Positions 13,332 through 25,025 are shown, counted from the whole stretch's first letter. The stretch is DNA of 62,090 bases, filler included, from Globobulimina sp. (GCA_003354225.1; 23 parts of 23 records of this genome joined end to end with filler, not necessarily neighbours in it); one strand, 5' to 3'. Program-made: numbers and translations. Notes: a model not told the origin generated them from the letters alone.

Positions 13332-13528
13332 GACTCTGGTTAATAGTTAGGGTTTTCTTGTAAAACAGTACTAGTACTTTACTTTAGTTTACTTATCGGA
13401 GAGCCCTAATGGCGTTTCTTTCTGCATGNNNNNNNNNNNNNNNNNNNNNNNNNNNNNNNNNNNNNNNNNNNNTTAATTAATTAANNNNNNNNNNNNNNNN
13501 NNNNNNNNNNNNNNNNNNNNNNNNNNNN

Positions 13529-14300
13529 CCAATACATTTTTAACATCAACACTTGTTTTAATATCTTGTTTAAGATGATATAATGTTAAAATTCCTTTTT
13601 CCTCCAATTTTGAAGCATATTGTATTAATGGTTGATGAATTTGTAATTTTTGATTAAAATGCTTCATCATTTTATGAAATTCATTTATTTTTTCTATTAA
13701 TAATTTACAATGCAATTCATTATGTATTCCCAATTCATTTTTCATGACATCTCGTGTTGAATTATCATCATCAAAATATTTAATCATTTTAATATCATCA
13801 TATTCATTCTCTCGAAATACTGACAAATACTGTGGTAATCCAACAGTTTCATCCAACCATTTTTCAAATTTTAATTTACACTCTTCAGCATTTATCGAAA
13901 ATAAATCGTATATTGCGGATTGTTGTGGTTTTAATTTTACTGCTTTATCATCCTCAGCAGGAATATATTTTATATCTATATTGCCACAAACAGACGATTC
14001 TGGCTTATCATTGTCGGTGACATTGTTAGTAACAATACCATATGGTATGGAATTAAATGTTTTTATATCTTTATCTGTGACATAATCTGTAGCATCACAC
14101 CATGAATGCATCGATACACAACCTTTATTTTTACAATCCCTTTTATCTAAAAAAGCAGAACAATATCTCCGATGACCAAACCTTGCTTTAAATTTCCTGC
14201 CATTAACAAAACCAAAATTATGTTGCTTACAATAAGTAATTACACGTCGAGCGGATTCGACTTTCTCAAATGTAATTTCTGCAAAAATCGTACCGTTGGT
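13529..14300 (-). CDS. NOT4-like RRM + C3H1 zinc finger fused to SAM domain, fragment
   Basis: AEITFEKVESARRVI...GRKFKARFGHRRYCSAFL...C.NKGC..MH matches the CNOT4 RRM-ZnF pattern; SAM WLDETVGLPQYLSVFRENEYDD. Confidence 0.65.
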
Positions 14301-14454
14301 TGAGAACATTAGATCATTGTAAGTTGTATGTAGCTTTTTTTTTATATTGTGATCTAATATTTTTTTTTCGGCAGGTTTTGCAACGAACGATTTTTAGCAA
14401 AATCATATTTGGAACGATTTTTAGATTGTTAGCAAAATCATATTTGGAACGATA

Positions 14455-14803
14455 TATATCAGTTGGTTTAGATTGTTTGGAACGATTTTTAGCAAAATCA
14501 TATTGTTCCGAATTAACTGAATTTCACAAAGCGTATAGAATTTATCGGTGCTGTTTAACGCCAATGGTACGAAAAGAAATCGCGCAGGAAATTTGTAAGT
14601 TGTTTTTGAGCCCAAAGGCACAGTTTGGATTAAGCGGTTCTGGCGATAGCAGGAAAAAAGTGTATGGCATTATGCAGAAATGTGATGAGCTCCAATTGGA
14701 TTATCCGATTGATTTATTGGATGAGACACATGTTTGGGTTAAATTTCAAATACAGCAGAATTCATGGATGAAATTTAAAATTATGATACAATCCACCGAG
14801 TAA
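14455..14803 (+). CDS. RGS domain, C-terminal fragment
   Basis: GLDCLERFLAKSYCSELTEF...AQEICKLFLSPKAQFGL...DLLDETH..V...SWMKF. Confidence 0.55.
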
Positions 14804-15146
14804 ATTAAATAAATTTATTATTTATTTTTTTTTGTTACGGCACAATATATTAAATATATAATATAAAGTTCTAAACAGAGACGTATCTGATTTTTTGATG
14901 GTATTATTTATTTTTGTTTTTTGTTTTTTGTTTGGAGTGCTTTTTTTGTTTAAGAAAAAGAATATTTTTACTTCGTGTTTCTCGGACCCAATTATTCGTC
15001 AAGTGTTTGTATATGATTAGTAAAAAAAACAAAAAACCCAAAACTTTATATAAAACTGAGTGACTAGCTTGCAAAAACAATTTATTACAATTATAACGAC
15101 ACCTAGGTCCTAGGTATCAATTCCAATCGTAATACTAGAACATTCA

Positions 15147-15900
15147 CTAACAAACGTTTATATAAACAAAAGATAGTAAAAACAAAAACAATGTAATAAA
15201 TAAACCATTAAACAAAAAAAACAAAAATACACAAAATGATAGTGAGATACTAATTATTTTGGTAAATTGTTGAATATAATTTTTATTTTGATTTAAGACA
15301 TGAAATAAATTACAATAATTTCCAGAAATATCTTGTATTATTGCATCGCTATCATATTCTTCAAAATGTATAAATTTTTGTAATTTATTTACTAAATGCA
15401 AGTGATTATTGTCATTAATAATTGTGTCAACAACATATTGTATCATATCTTGCATAAATGTGCTTCTTTCATCTTTTCTCTCTCTTTCATTTATTTCATT
15501 TACATTGCAATTGATAATAATATTAAATTTTGTATTCTTTTCATTTAATATTTAATCGATTCAGATTTAAATCTTTCATTTCTTCTTTTTTATTTTTGAT
15601 TATTTTTGAGATTTTCTTAATTTCTTCATCCACACAATCACAATCTGCATCCTCTCTATTTCGATAATGTCTTTTTGTGCATTTACAGTCATTCATATTT
15701 GCGCATATTTTAATATTATCATATTTTGCTAAATCATTACTAATTTTATTTAATGTTTCAGTCTCATTATGTTTTGTCATTATAATTAAATGGATATAAT
15801 CCGACAAACACATTAAATATGACTCACTACAAAATTCAATAAATATTGCTTCTGTATTCGCATTATTCTCTTTTGAACATAATAACTCATAATATCGTAA
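15147..15900 (-). pseudogene. broken fragment of a His/Cys-rich module (likely N-terminal part of the ART-like family)
   Basis: LSDYIHLII..KH...C..MNDCKCTKRHYR and FEEYDSDAIIQD in different frames. Confidence 0.4.
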
Positions 15901-16235
15901 ATGTGGTATATTGACCTATTATACCCCCCTATTGTAAGCCCCTTGTTCACTACTTTAGTATCTTAGACCTTAAGCTAGTCACTAACCCATTCTACCTATA
16001 CTCCACTGAATACCATATATGGTGCGTCGACTTCGCGATCTTATCTGGTCCTTCCGCCAGAACTATCGATCACAAAAAAGAAAAGCGGTATTCATGAGTA
16101 TTAGCTAATCAATATTAATTATGGAACGTTAATNNNNNNNNNNNNNNNNNNNNNNNNNNNNNNNNNNNNNNNNNNNNTTAATTAATTAANNNNNNNNNNN
16201 NNNNNNNNNNNNNNNNNNNNNNNNNNNNNNNNNTT

Positions 16236-16370
16236 ATTTTTTGTTTGCATAACAATTATGGTTTCAATCTCTAATCGATATCTTCCACCAAATATTAAAC
16301 GTTCTGCCTCCTCCGGAAAACAACTCAGCCAGCTACAGTCCAAAAAAACTTCATTTTGACCCCACCCCGA
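16236..16370 (-). CDS. ADP-ribosyltransferase-like catalytic-loop fragment (absent from the ORF track)
   Basis: Minus strand reads NEVFLDCSWLSCFPEEAERLIFGGRYRLEIETI, i.e. S-x-F-x-x-E-x-E-x-L like the R-S-E ART signature. Confidence 0.55.
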
Positions 16371-16845
16371 TTTATTATTTAATTTATAAATTATAAATTA
16401 TCAATCTCAACTGTTGCGATTATCAAAATACTCAACTCTTAAAATTATCAAAATAGTTAAAACTCAACAATGTGGTTATATATTAATGACCTCTCGTGTT
16501 ATAGCAGTATTATTCGATATTAATAATGGATCATAATCAACATTTATGATATTACTCATATTCGTATCTGAAGAACTTATCGAATCAAATGAATTGGAAT
16601 CAGTATTACTTTTATTGATGTCGTTTTCAATGTATCTTATGTTTTCTGTGAGATAATAATATCTGATAATAACGTATATCGAAACTGCACAAGCAGTGAA
16701 TACACCAAACAGTACACGATTTAATTTCATATATTTGTGTGTTTCCAAAAAACTGTGAGTTAGATTTCCGAAAACTTAACAAGAAACGAAACAAATTTAC
16801 AAACATAAAAAAATCACAAAAACAAACTATTTTATTACCGCTTCA

Positions 16846-18327
16846 TTAGAATTGTTTTTCTTTCTCAGCCGTATTTCTGTATTTTTTACCTTTACTAAAT
16901 ATTCTCTTAATTTTCGCCGCATCCACATCACTCACATCATCATTAAACAGCAACGCCTTCATTTCTTGACTCAAATTCTTTCCAACCTTTACACATATTT
17001 TACTAAAATCAATATCCAAAAATTCACCATACATTCTATGGTATTTCTGCCCCATTTTACTCTCATTATAATATCTAAACACTTGCTGTATATATTTGGG
17101 TGTATCCTTATCTCCATTCAACAATTTAACCAAAGTCGCCTGACTCTCATCCGTCACTTCCAAATTATATTTCCCTCCCTCAAAACCAGCAAAACCAGTA
17201 CTTAACATTTGCCATAGATTCAATGCTTCAAAATACGCATTAAAATCATAAGAAGCATCCCCCGCAACACATACATTCACCACACTCAATTCACCAAATT
17301 CACCGAGAAACACCACCTCATTCTTACCATCCTTCTCCGCAAAGCAACAGAAAGGCGCTAAATCAAAATATTTAGTATCATTAAATTCATTTAAAAACTG
17401 CGCTTTTAAGCTCAATATCAATGTCCCTTTGCTAAATATATGCGTTTCCCGACATGCGCTCAGAGGAATGCTCAAAAAACCTGTATTAAAAAACATCCAT
17501 TCATCATTTCTCCGTTGGTCTCCCCCCTCGCTGTCCGTATCTTTTTTTTCTTCCCTCTCCTCCATCGCATTTAAGCCACCACTTAAACCCACATACACCA
17601 CCATATCGGCAGGCATTTTACGCCCAAAATACGTGATAACTTCGTATAGAAATCTATAAAAGTGGTAGAATTTGGATGGTAGACCTTCGGTTTTTAGTTT
17701 GTATATGAATGTTGGCGCATTGTTGGGAGGTAATATAAGTAAAATAAATACTTAACTGACTCTATATCGTGCTACATATTTAGGGAAATGAGTGTATAAT
17801 AAGATGGCAAATACATGCTCAATTCCTAAGGAATCGCCTTTTTTAATGTCGACGTTAATGCCGGCATTAAAATTGGCGGTGAATTTGGTTGAAATGTCTT
17901 TGTTTTGGTAGATTGATTTTGCTCTTTTCAAAATGATAATGAATTCTGTTTCTGTTAATCTATCAGTATCGATACATTCTGCTTTGAATGTGACATTTTG
18001 TGGATTTACATCGTATGCTGGATTTATGAAATCTTGCTCCAATTTATAGGATTGTGGCGTAATTAAGTCAGAGTCGACGTATTTGGCACTATCCGGGCGG
18101 ATAATGTTAAGCCAGTTTTTTTCATCATCATCGGTGTATTGTATGATTGTGTCTTGTTTAGAATCGTCGGATTTACTTTTCTCATCACCGCAAAATACAC
18201 ATTTTGTTTCGTCACGGTTGCCGTATACATATCGACCACAGCATAAGTATCGCTTATTTACATATAGACATTGTTTGCAAGTCCATTTCTTAAATTTGTC
18301 ATTGGTGTCTGCTGTGTACGACATTAT
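16846..18327 (-). CDS. zinc-finger + degenerate ART-like protein (break between 17752 and ~17720)
   Basis: WTCKQCLYVN...CVFC finger; IEHVFAILLYTHF; FYHFYRFLYEVITYFG; VVYVGL; YFDLAPFCCF...NEVVFLG; same motif order as the 52853-53983 protein. Confidence 0.5.
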
Positions 18328-18938
18328 CTTTAAGGTAGTTGTGCACTTAGGGGTTGTGTTATATTGCGAGTATAAATTTAGGCTTGAGCAAAAATTACAA
18401 TTATTGCATGACAAAAATAATATAAACGTATATCAACATTAATGCAAAAATGTAATTTTTTGCCAATCATATACATGCCCTAATCGAAACTTTCTGGACC
18501 TAATCGAAACATGCCCTAATCGAAATTTATAAAAACAAAACATGTAAATATGCATGAATTTAGGTTTAAAAAAACAAGATAAAAATATAGAAACGTTAAT
18601 ACTTAAACACCAAAAAACAATTACAAAAAAAATAAAAATCCAATATCAATACAAAAAAATGCCAAAATGATAACCATACAAAATGCCATAAATATTTATT
18701 TTTAAAAACAAACATAACAAATTTAATTATTTTTTGGTTAAAAAAAAACAAAAATAAATAACGAATATGATTTACATAATGTTAATAATTAAAACACAAC
18801 AGAAAATACTAAAAAATGTTCATGCAAAAAACAAACAANNNNNNNNNNNNNNNNNNNNNNNNNNNNNNNNNNNNNNNNNNNNTTAATTAATTAANNNNNN
18901 NNNNNNNNNNNNNNNNNNNNNNNNNNNNNNNNNNNNNN

Positions 18939-19127
18939 AATCAAGAAATAAAAATGGATCAAGATTGTAAAAAATGTGTAATGGCTTTGTGGTTATTGGG
19001 TGACAATCAAATTGCTTTGAAGTTCTACCACAAGAAAGGAGGTATAATGGTGAATGAGAATGAAAGTGCGAGTTTTGGCAAAAAACGTTATCGATATTGT
19101 TCAATGGTTTTCGGACTAAAAACATAA
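18939..19127 (+). CDS. GNAT acetyltransferase C-terminal fragment (absent from the ORF track)
   Basis: Frame from contig start reads ...VMALWLLGDNQIALKFYHKKGG..., matching the GNAT motif LWVL..N..A..FY.K.G. Confidence 0.6.
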   Translation, partial: NQEIKMDQDCKKCVMALWLLGDNQIALKFYHKKGGIMVNENESASFGKKRYRYCSMVFGLKT

Positions 19128-19159
19128 ATTATAGATCTTGGTGATTCGCATAGGACTGT

Positions 19160-20707
19160 TTACATGTTATTTTTCCTCCATTTTTGTATAATAATCTTCA
19201 GAATTCTATTTGGAACAATATGTTTTAACTGAGCTTTTTGTAAAGTAATGGGATCCTGATGTTGTGTTTTAATATATTCCTCAATCGCTTTCCTTTCATA
19301 TGTTTGTCCACTCACACTTAAAATAACTGGATCTGCCATAATCTCATACGTTATCGGACAACAATACTCCTCCGGTTCATCATCACCATAAACACAAACA
19401 TTTGCTGCTGTTTTAAATCTTTCTTTATTTGTTTTTATTAAAATTTTAATATGTTTATACAAACTCTTTCGATCCGCAAAATTATATAAACCCAAATTTA
19501 ACAGATCTTTCTCTGAAAACGCAATCAAACCACACCCATTAATCCCTTGTTTATCCACTCCATTCGTTAATATATTTAAATATTTTTTATATTTTCCATT
19601 TTCTAAATATTTAATCCATTCAATAATATCCTTCCCACTCCATTCATTTATAGCAATCGCATAAATATCTCTCTTTATATCATCCTCGTTATTATCATTT
19701 CTATCCATCTGTTGATTAAATGTCATCGTAGTAACCAAAGCAACTTCATTTGCATTATCAACATGCACCCAATATTCATAATTTTTATGTTTATAGACAT
19801 ATTTCACTTTAATTTGTCCGGATTTCCTATTCACATCAAATGCAACCACTTCTGCAACTTTCCAGCCTTTGTGGGCCGTAATATGCACTGGATTTACATC
19901 AATGTAATCGCCAATATTTAAATCATTAAATCTATGCATATTACGCGAAGTAATTGATTTATCCACAGCAAAACTATGGATTTGTTGGCCGTAATCACTC
20001 CAAAACGCTTTACCCCAATCTGAATATTTTATTTTTAGAGTACTCCCCCATTTCTCCATTATCTGCGCACTCCGATACAGTCCAAATCTGTCACGATGAT
20101 CGATGATATCTCCAGCAACCAATGCATCCGCAGCAGACAGACTCATATGACCGATATATTTACTCTGTTTAGTGCAATAATGATCGTTTTCCATCTGTTT
20201 TAATATTGTCATTTGTTCGGTGGTGCTCATTCTATATAATGTTAAATGTTTATTCTTTTGTTTTTCGTTATTTGTATAATTCAAAACAGCAGCATTTGTA
20301 TCGAAGTTTGCTTTCATTAAATATTGATTTGCAATGTGTTCCTCGCTGCAATTGGTTGACGACATAAAATATTGTCTCTTTGATGCGTTTTGTGCCATTA
20401 ATATTTGCTCGGAAGAACTCATTCTTTTTAAATCATTTGGCGATATTTGATCAATTACTTGTGTGTCCATTATATAATTATTTAAAGCTGCTTCCATGTT
20501 CCACCCATTCGACGATAAATATGTATATGCTTTATTTACATTATTATCGTGTGTGAAATCCATTAAATTTATAATTTTTGTTTTTTTCAATGTTGTGAGT
20601 TGATTAATATTAATACTGGTCAACCCATTCAGCTTCTTATCCATTTCTTCTTTGCTATTTTTGTTTGCATTTTCATCATAAGGGGTTGACAAAAAACGCG
20701 ATGACAT
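19160..20707 (-). CDS. U-box E3 ligase with UBA-like repeats, Tudor/agenet-like pair and SAM
   Basis: U-box PEEYCCPITYEIMADPV...GQTYERKAIEEY...DPIT...PNRILK; SAM WSGKDIIEWI; UBA-like AYTYLSSNGWNMEAALNNY. Confidence 0.85.
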   Translation of the reverse strand: MSSRFLSTPYDENANKNSKEEMDKKLNGLTSININQLTTLKKTKIINLMDFTHDNNVNKAYTYLSSNGWNMEAALNNYIMDTQVIDQISPNDLKRMSSSEQILMAQNASKRQYFMSSTNCSEEHIANQYLMKANFDTNAAVLNYTNNEKQKNKHLTLYRMSTTEQMTILKQMENDHYCTKQSKYIGHMSLSAADALVAGDIIDHRDRFGLYRSAQIMEKWGSTLKIKYSDWGKAFWSDYGQQIHSFAVDKSITSRNMHRFNDLNIGDYIDVNPVHITAHKGWKVAEVVAFDVNRKSGQIKVKYVYKHKNYEYWVHVDNANEVALVTTMTFNQQMDRNDNNEDDIKRDIYAIAINEWSGKDIIEWIKYLENGKYKKYLNILTNGVDKQGINGCGLIAFSEKDLLNLGLYNFADRKSLYKHIKILIKTNKERFKTAANVCVYGDDEPEEYCCPITYEIMADPVILSVSGQTYERKAIEEYIKTQHQDPITLQKAQLKHIVPNRILKIIIQKWRKNNM

Positions 20708-20760
20708 TTACAGTTTTAGGTTTTGTTGACTAACTCGGTCAAAAACATGGTTGCTGTTAG

Positions 20761-21285
20761 ATGTTAGGCAATGACGCTTTGGATTTGCCGTGTGAACTGC
20801 ATCAAATAGAACCAGGGATTATCTTTAACCTGACATGTCACAATGGCTCGGATAATTTCATTGTTGATCAATATCCGGTTCCAAAATTCAATAATTTCTA
20901 TCATCGGAATCATACAAATCAAAATAATGTATTGACTCAATTGTCAACAAAATCAAATTCGATGGAAAGTTCACCGCAACATATTGATCCAAACAATGAT
21001 ACGAAGGATGATGTTAATAAGAATAAGGAGAACGATAGGAATGATAAACAAAACAGAACATTGAGAATCAGTCAGCCTCTTTATGTGAATCCAAAACAAT
21101 ATTATCGTATATTAAGAAGACGCGAAATACGAACCCAATTAAGGAACAGATTAATTCGCGAAAATAAAGTGCAAACATTGTATAATGTGAATGGTAGAAT
21201 TATCAAATTTAAATCAAGACACAAACACGCTAAAAAACGGCCGCGTGGCCCTGGTGGACAATTCTTAAAAAAACAAACTAAATAA
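20761..21285 (+). CDS. NFYA: CCAAT-binding factor subunit A (NF-YA/HAP2)
   Basis: PLYVNPKQYYRILRRR...SRHKHAKKRPRGPGGQFL. Confidence 0.85.
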   Translation: MLGNDALDLPCELHQIEPGIIFNLTCHNGSDNFIVDQYPVPKFNNFYHRNHTNQNNVLTQLSTKSNSMESSPQHIDPNNDTKDDVNKNKENDRNDKQNRTLRISQPLYVNPKQYYRILRRREIRTQLRNRLIRENKVQTLYNVNGRIIKFKSRHKHAKKRPRGPGGQFLKKQTK

Positions 21286-21643
21286 CCAAGAGAGTTTTTA
21301 TTATTATGTTTTTTTTAATCTAAGTGTTTTTTTTAATCATACTTAACATGAACGTGGATGAAAAAAGTGATACATTGGAAGTAAAAGAAAGTTCAGAAGA
21401 AAGTTTAGTAATATTTGCATGACTTATGTGAATAAACACAATTACTACACAGAAGACAAAGGGGTAGCAACTAATTATAGCAGTTTCTATCAAATAGAAG
21501 ATGATCAGAATAGAAAACGAGTTTTTTATAAATATTAATTAAANNNNNNNNNNNNNNNNNNNNNNNNNNNNNNNNNNNNNNNNNNNNTTAATTAATTAAN
21601 NNNNNNNNNNNNNNNNNNNNNNNNNNNNNNNNNNNNNNNNNNN

Positions 21644-22666
21644 TATAGGAAATACAAACTTGAAATTTGAATTGCTACTAACTTTCCCAGCATAATAAAA
21701 TAGAACAAATGCCATAATAACTGCAATATATCGACCATACCGTGCCATGTTTGCTTTCCACCATTGCCACCAAGTTTTTTTTTTTAGTTTGGTATCTTGT
21801 GTTTCATCCTTACTCTCAATCCAATCAATAATGTCATCATCTTTTTTGTCTTGACCTGCTAACTCATAATAGCTAACATTCCCTTTTTCAACGTTGGTCC
21901 TTGGCTTCAATTTAATTTTAAATTTGTTTGTTGTAGCAAATTCCGGACAATACCATGAACTTTCTTTGTCGCGTAGTACGCTCGCAATCGTAGTGATAAT
22001 ATCATATAAAGTATATTCATCCAAATCCATTTTCCTCATCGTCAAATCCACAGTATTCATAAATACGTTTTGATCGCCAATAGCATGGCTTTTTGTGGTT
22101 GCGTAATATGTGCAAATGTTACTGTCGTTGTTGACAGTATTTGGATTCTGCGAGCGTCCCCGTGAAGGAATTGTTAGCACCGTTGCATTATCGGCACCGC
22201 GACAGGTATCGATAACAAACAAACGCATGGAATCAGCTGCCCAGTCCGCACCAACTTGCACGGCATCAAAATATGATCGAATCTCATCATAATAAATTGG
22301 AGTACAATCACTTGTGATCAATGCTTCATTATAGCCGTGACCAAATAACATAAGTATCAGTGCATCGTATTGTTTTATTAGAGGGTTACGGACATTGTTT
22401 AGCATAAACTTAAATACATCGTTGTGATATATCTTGGTTCTAGTTTGCTTTTTTTTGTCTTTCTCATCATCATCATTGATGTTTGCAAGGATAGTTGTGT
22501 CATAACAGAAATATTCGCTCCATAATTTGATACTTTTTTCGACATCGGCAATAACACCATTTAAAGGTTTCCAATTTGGATTTGGATGGTAATCATTGAT
22601 TCCAATGATGGCAACCAACGCATTCGTAACTGTTTTGGTTGTAGGTCCGTCGATTTTAACTTGCAT
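21644..22666 (-). CDS. caspase-like peptidase C14 with C-terminal TM segment, 3'-truncated
   Basis: ALVAIIGINDY, LNGVIADV, His-Cys dyad motifs LFGHG and VIDTCRG; TM YIAVIMAFVLFYYA. Confidence 0.8.
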
Positions 22667-22865
22667 ATTAGGCTGAAAATTGAAAAAACGGTTTTTTTAG
22701 AGGCTAGTACTTAAAAATAAATGTACCATTTTGTAAAACATAAAACTCAAACACTTGACATAAAACTCAATGGACACAATTAATTTTTCAAAATCAGAAT
22801 ATATATATTTTGTAATATAACACTGAAATTGTCTGAAAATATAACTCGATCTAAAAAGTATAATG

Positions 22866-24248
22866 TTAATGTTTAAACAATTCATGTTCCATTATCAATT
22901 GAATCAAAAAATGTTTTTCTTGGCAATCGTTTGGATTTATAACTTGATCTAAATTCATTGGTTTGGAATTTTTATATTCTTCCAAATCAATCATATCCTT
23001 CTCCCATTCATCAAAATGTTTTTTACATAATGTCTTTTTACCCCATACCGAATCATACCATTTTTGGGATACTCTCGAACCACAATACCGACACCATTCA
23101 TCCTTACGATCCCATCGCAATTTTAAATGAGTATTACATTCAAATGCTTTCGCTAATAAAAAATCTAAATCATACGTTCCCAATTTCGCTTTTTTACTTT
23201 TTAACAAACCAATCATAACACAATCGATTGCAACAAAAATATAAATAAACATACGCTGGATTTGTGTTTGTATCACAATCAAAATCTCGTTTCCGTTTAA
23301 TACGATTTGTTGTTTTAAATTTATTATTCATTCTATGACCAATTGCTTTATAATCATCGCCGTCACTGTCACCCACCACGATATTCTTTGCTTTTTTTCT
23401 TTTTTTTATTACGATTGGTTCATTTAATTCCATTCCAATATCAATGTTTTTAAAGCCGCCGTGTTTGCCATTTGGAACAATCTTTAATTGTTTACATTTT
23501 TGTTGATATTGTTCAATTTCGTACATTGTGGCTGATCGAATGCAATTTATATTGGATTCTTTCCCATGTTTACAATATGTACACTCTTTAAATAGATTAC
23601 CGATGGTTCGCGTTATTGTTTTGTGATTAACATCGGCTAAACACGGATGTTGAGTACTTAATGATTGATTTGGTAATGTTCGAATATAATGAACACCGCA
23701 GTCATTATTATTATTATTATTTAATTGTTTGTGAGTGCAATATATCCACATTTTATCCACACTTTTTGTAATTGGTTGAAAAAATTTAGATTCTGAATCA
23801 TTATATTTTTTTCTCTTTTTTTTGGATTTTTTCTTTTTAGTTTTACGGTGTTTTTTATTTTTTTTTTCCTTCTTTTTATTTTTGGATTTTTTCGGAGGAT
23901 TTAATTTTGAAATATCTTTGCTATTTTCATTGTCATTTGTATTACAATTTGGTATCATTTGTATTCCATTTTTTGCAAAGAAATTTGGCATATTATTAAA
24001 ACGAATGTTATTGGCCATGGTATTTGTGCTAATGGTGCTGGTTAGGCATGTTATTGGTGCATTAGTTTCATTATTTGTATTTTTGTCATTAAATGCATTT
24101 AATATGTCACTGTAATTATAGATATCTTGTGAATCGTTGCAATTTGTTAATAATAATTGACATAAAGCAACTAATTCATTTCTGCGTTTGATTGCATTCG
24201 AGTTCGCCTCATAATTGTTATTTTTCCCGTTATTACAATCATATTGTT
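22866..24248 (-). CDS. basic low-complexity protein with C-terminal GATA-like zinc finger (intron ~23197-23253)
   Basis: WCRYCGSRVSQKWYDSVWGKKTLCKKH (CxxC-x17-CxxH). Confidence 0.5.
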
Positions 24249-25025
24249 NNNNNNNNNNNNNNNNNNNNNNNNNNNNNNNNNNNNNNNNNNNNTTAATTAA
24301 TTAANNNNNNNNNNNNNNNNNNNNNNNNNNNNNNNNNNNNNNNNNNNNGCCTTGATGTTTTTTTTTTTGAGAAAGGAATTGAGTGGCAATCCACCACTGC
24401 AAGCACAACAAAAATGATACTGGAAATAAAGCGATTTGAGTGGCAATCCACACTGGAAACAAAAACACTGAAAACTAAAATATGACACATTTTATTGCAG
24501 GAAAAATTGGAGAAAATACTAAATATAATAGATACAGAGATAGATTTGAATCGGATTTATTGGACGGATATAAATTTATACCATTGGCTTTTGATAGTTT
24601 TGGAGGAATCAGAATCAGTACCAAAGAAAATGAGAATATTCCATCAAAATGAGATTAATCCTGCTATGAAAATGAGAAGTAACAGCTTATTTTGCCATGA
24701 AACATGGGGTGGTGTTATGTCAAAACTCATCGTTAAGCTATGTCCTGTCTCTGTGTGGTGTAGAAAACAGGTAAAATACTAATAATTTGTTTGAAACTCT
24801 ACAAAACTCAAGAAATCAATCAATAAATTAACGAAAAACTGCCTGAACGTACAATCGCAACAAATGTGTTTATTATTATTACTGATTTTGAAATAGTGAT
24901 TAGTCTCTGTCCCTGTCCCTGCGTAGAAATATAGAAATATATAAATATATGTTTTTGTAAATAATGAAAAGGAATTAAATACCAAAAATAGCAGAGCATA
25001 GCATAGCAAAGCTATTATTTTTGTT

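Noticed and set aside
15059-15982. 12-bp inverted repeat AGTGACTAGCTT/AAGCTAGTCACT as transposon TIRs
   Set aside because: Short, no target-site duplication and no transposase; may be chance
20700-20770. Ultra-short bidirectional promoter between the U-box and NF-YA genes (similar at 9650-9700)
   Set aside because: Cannot be distinguished from chimeric joins, which are common in these contigs; start codons uncertain
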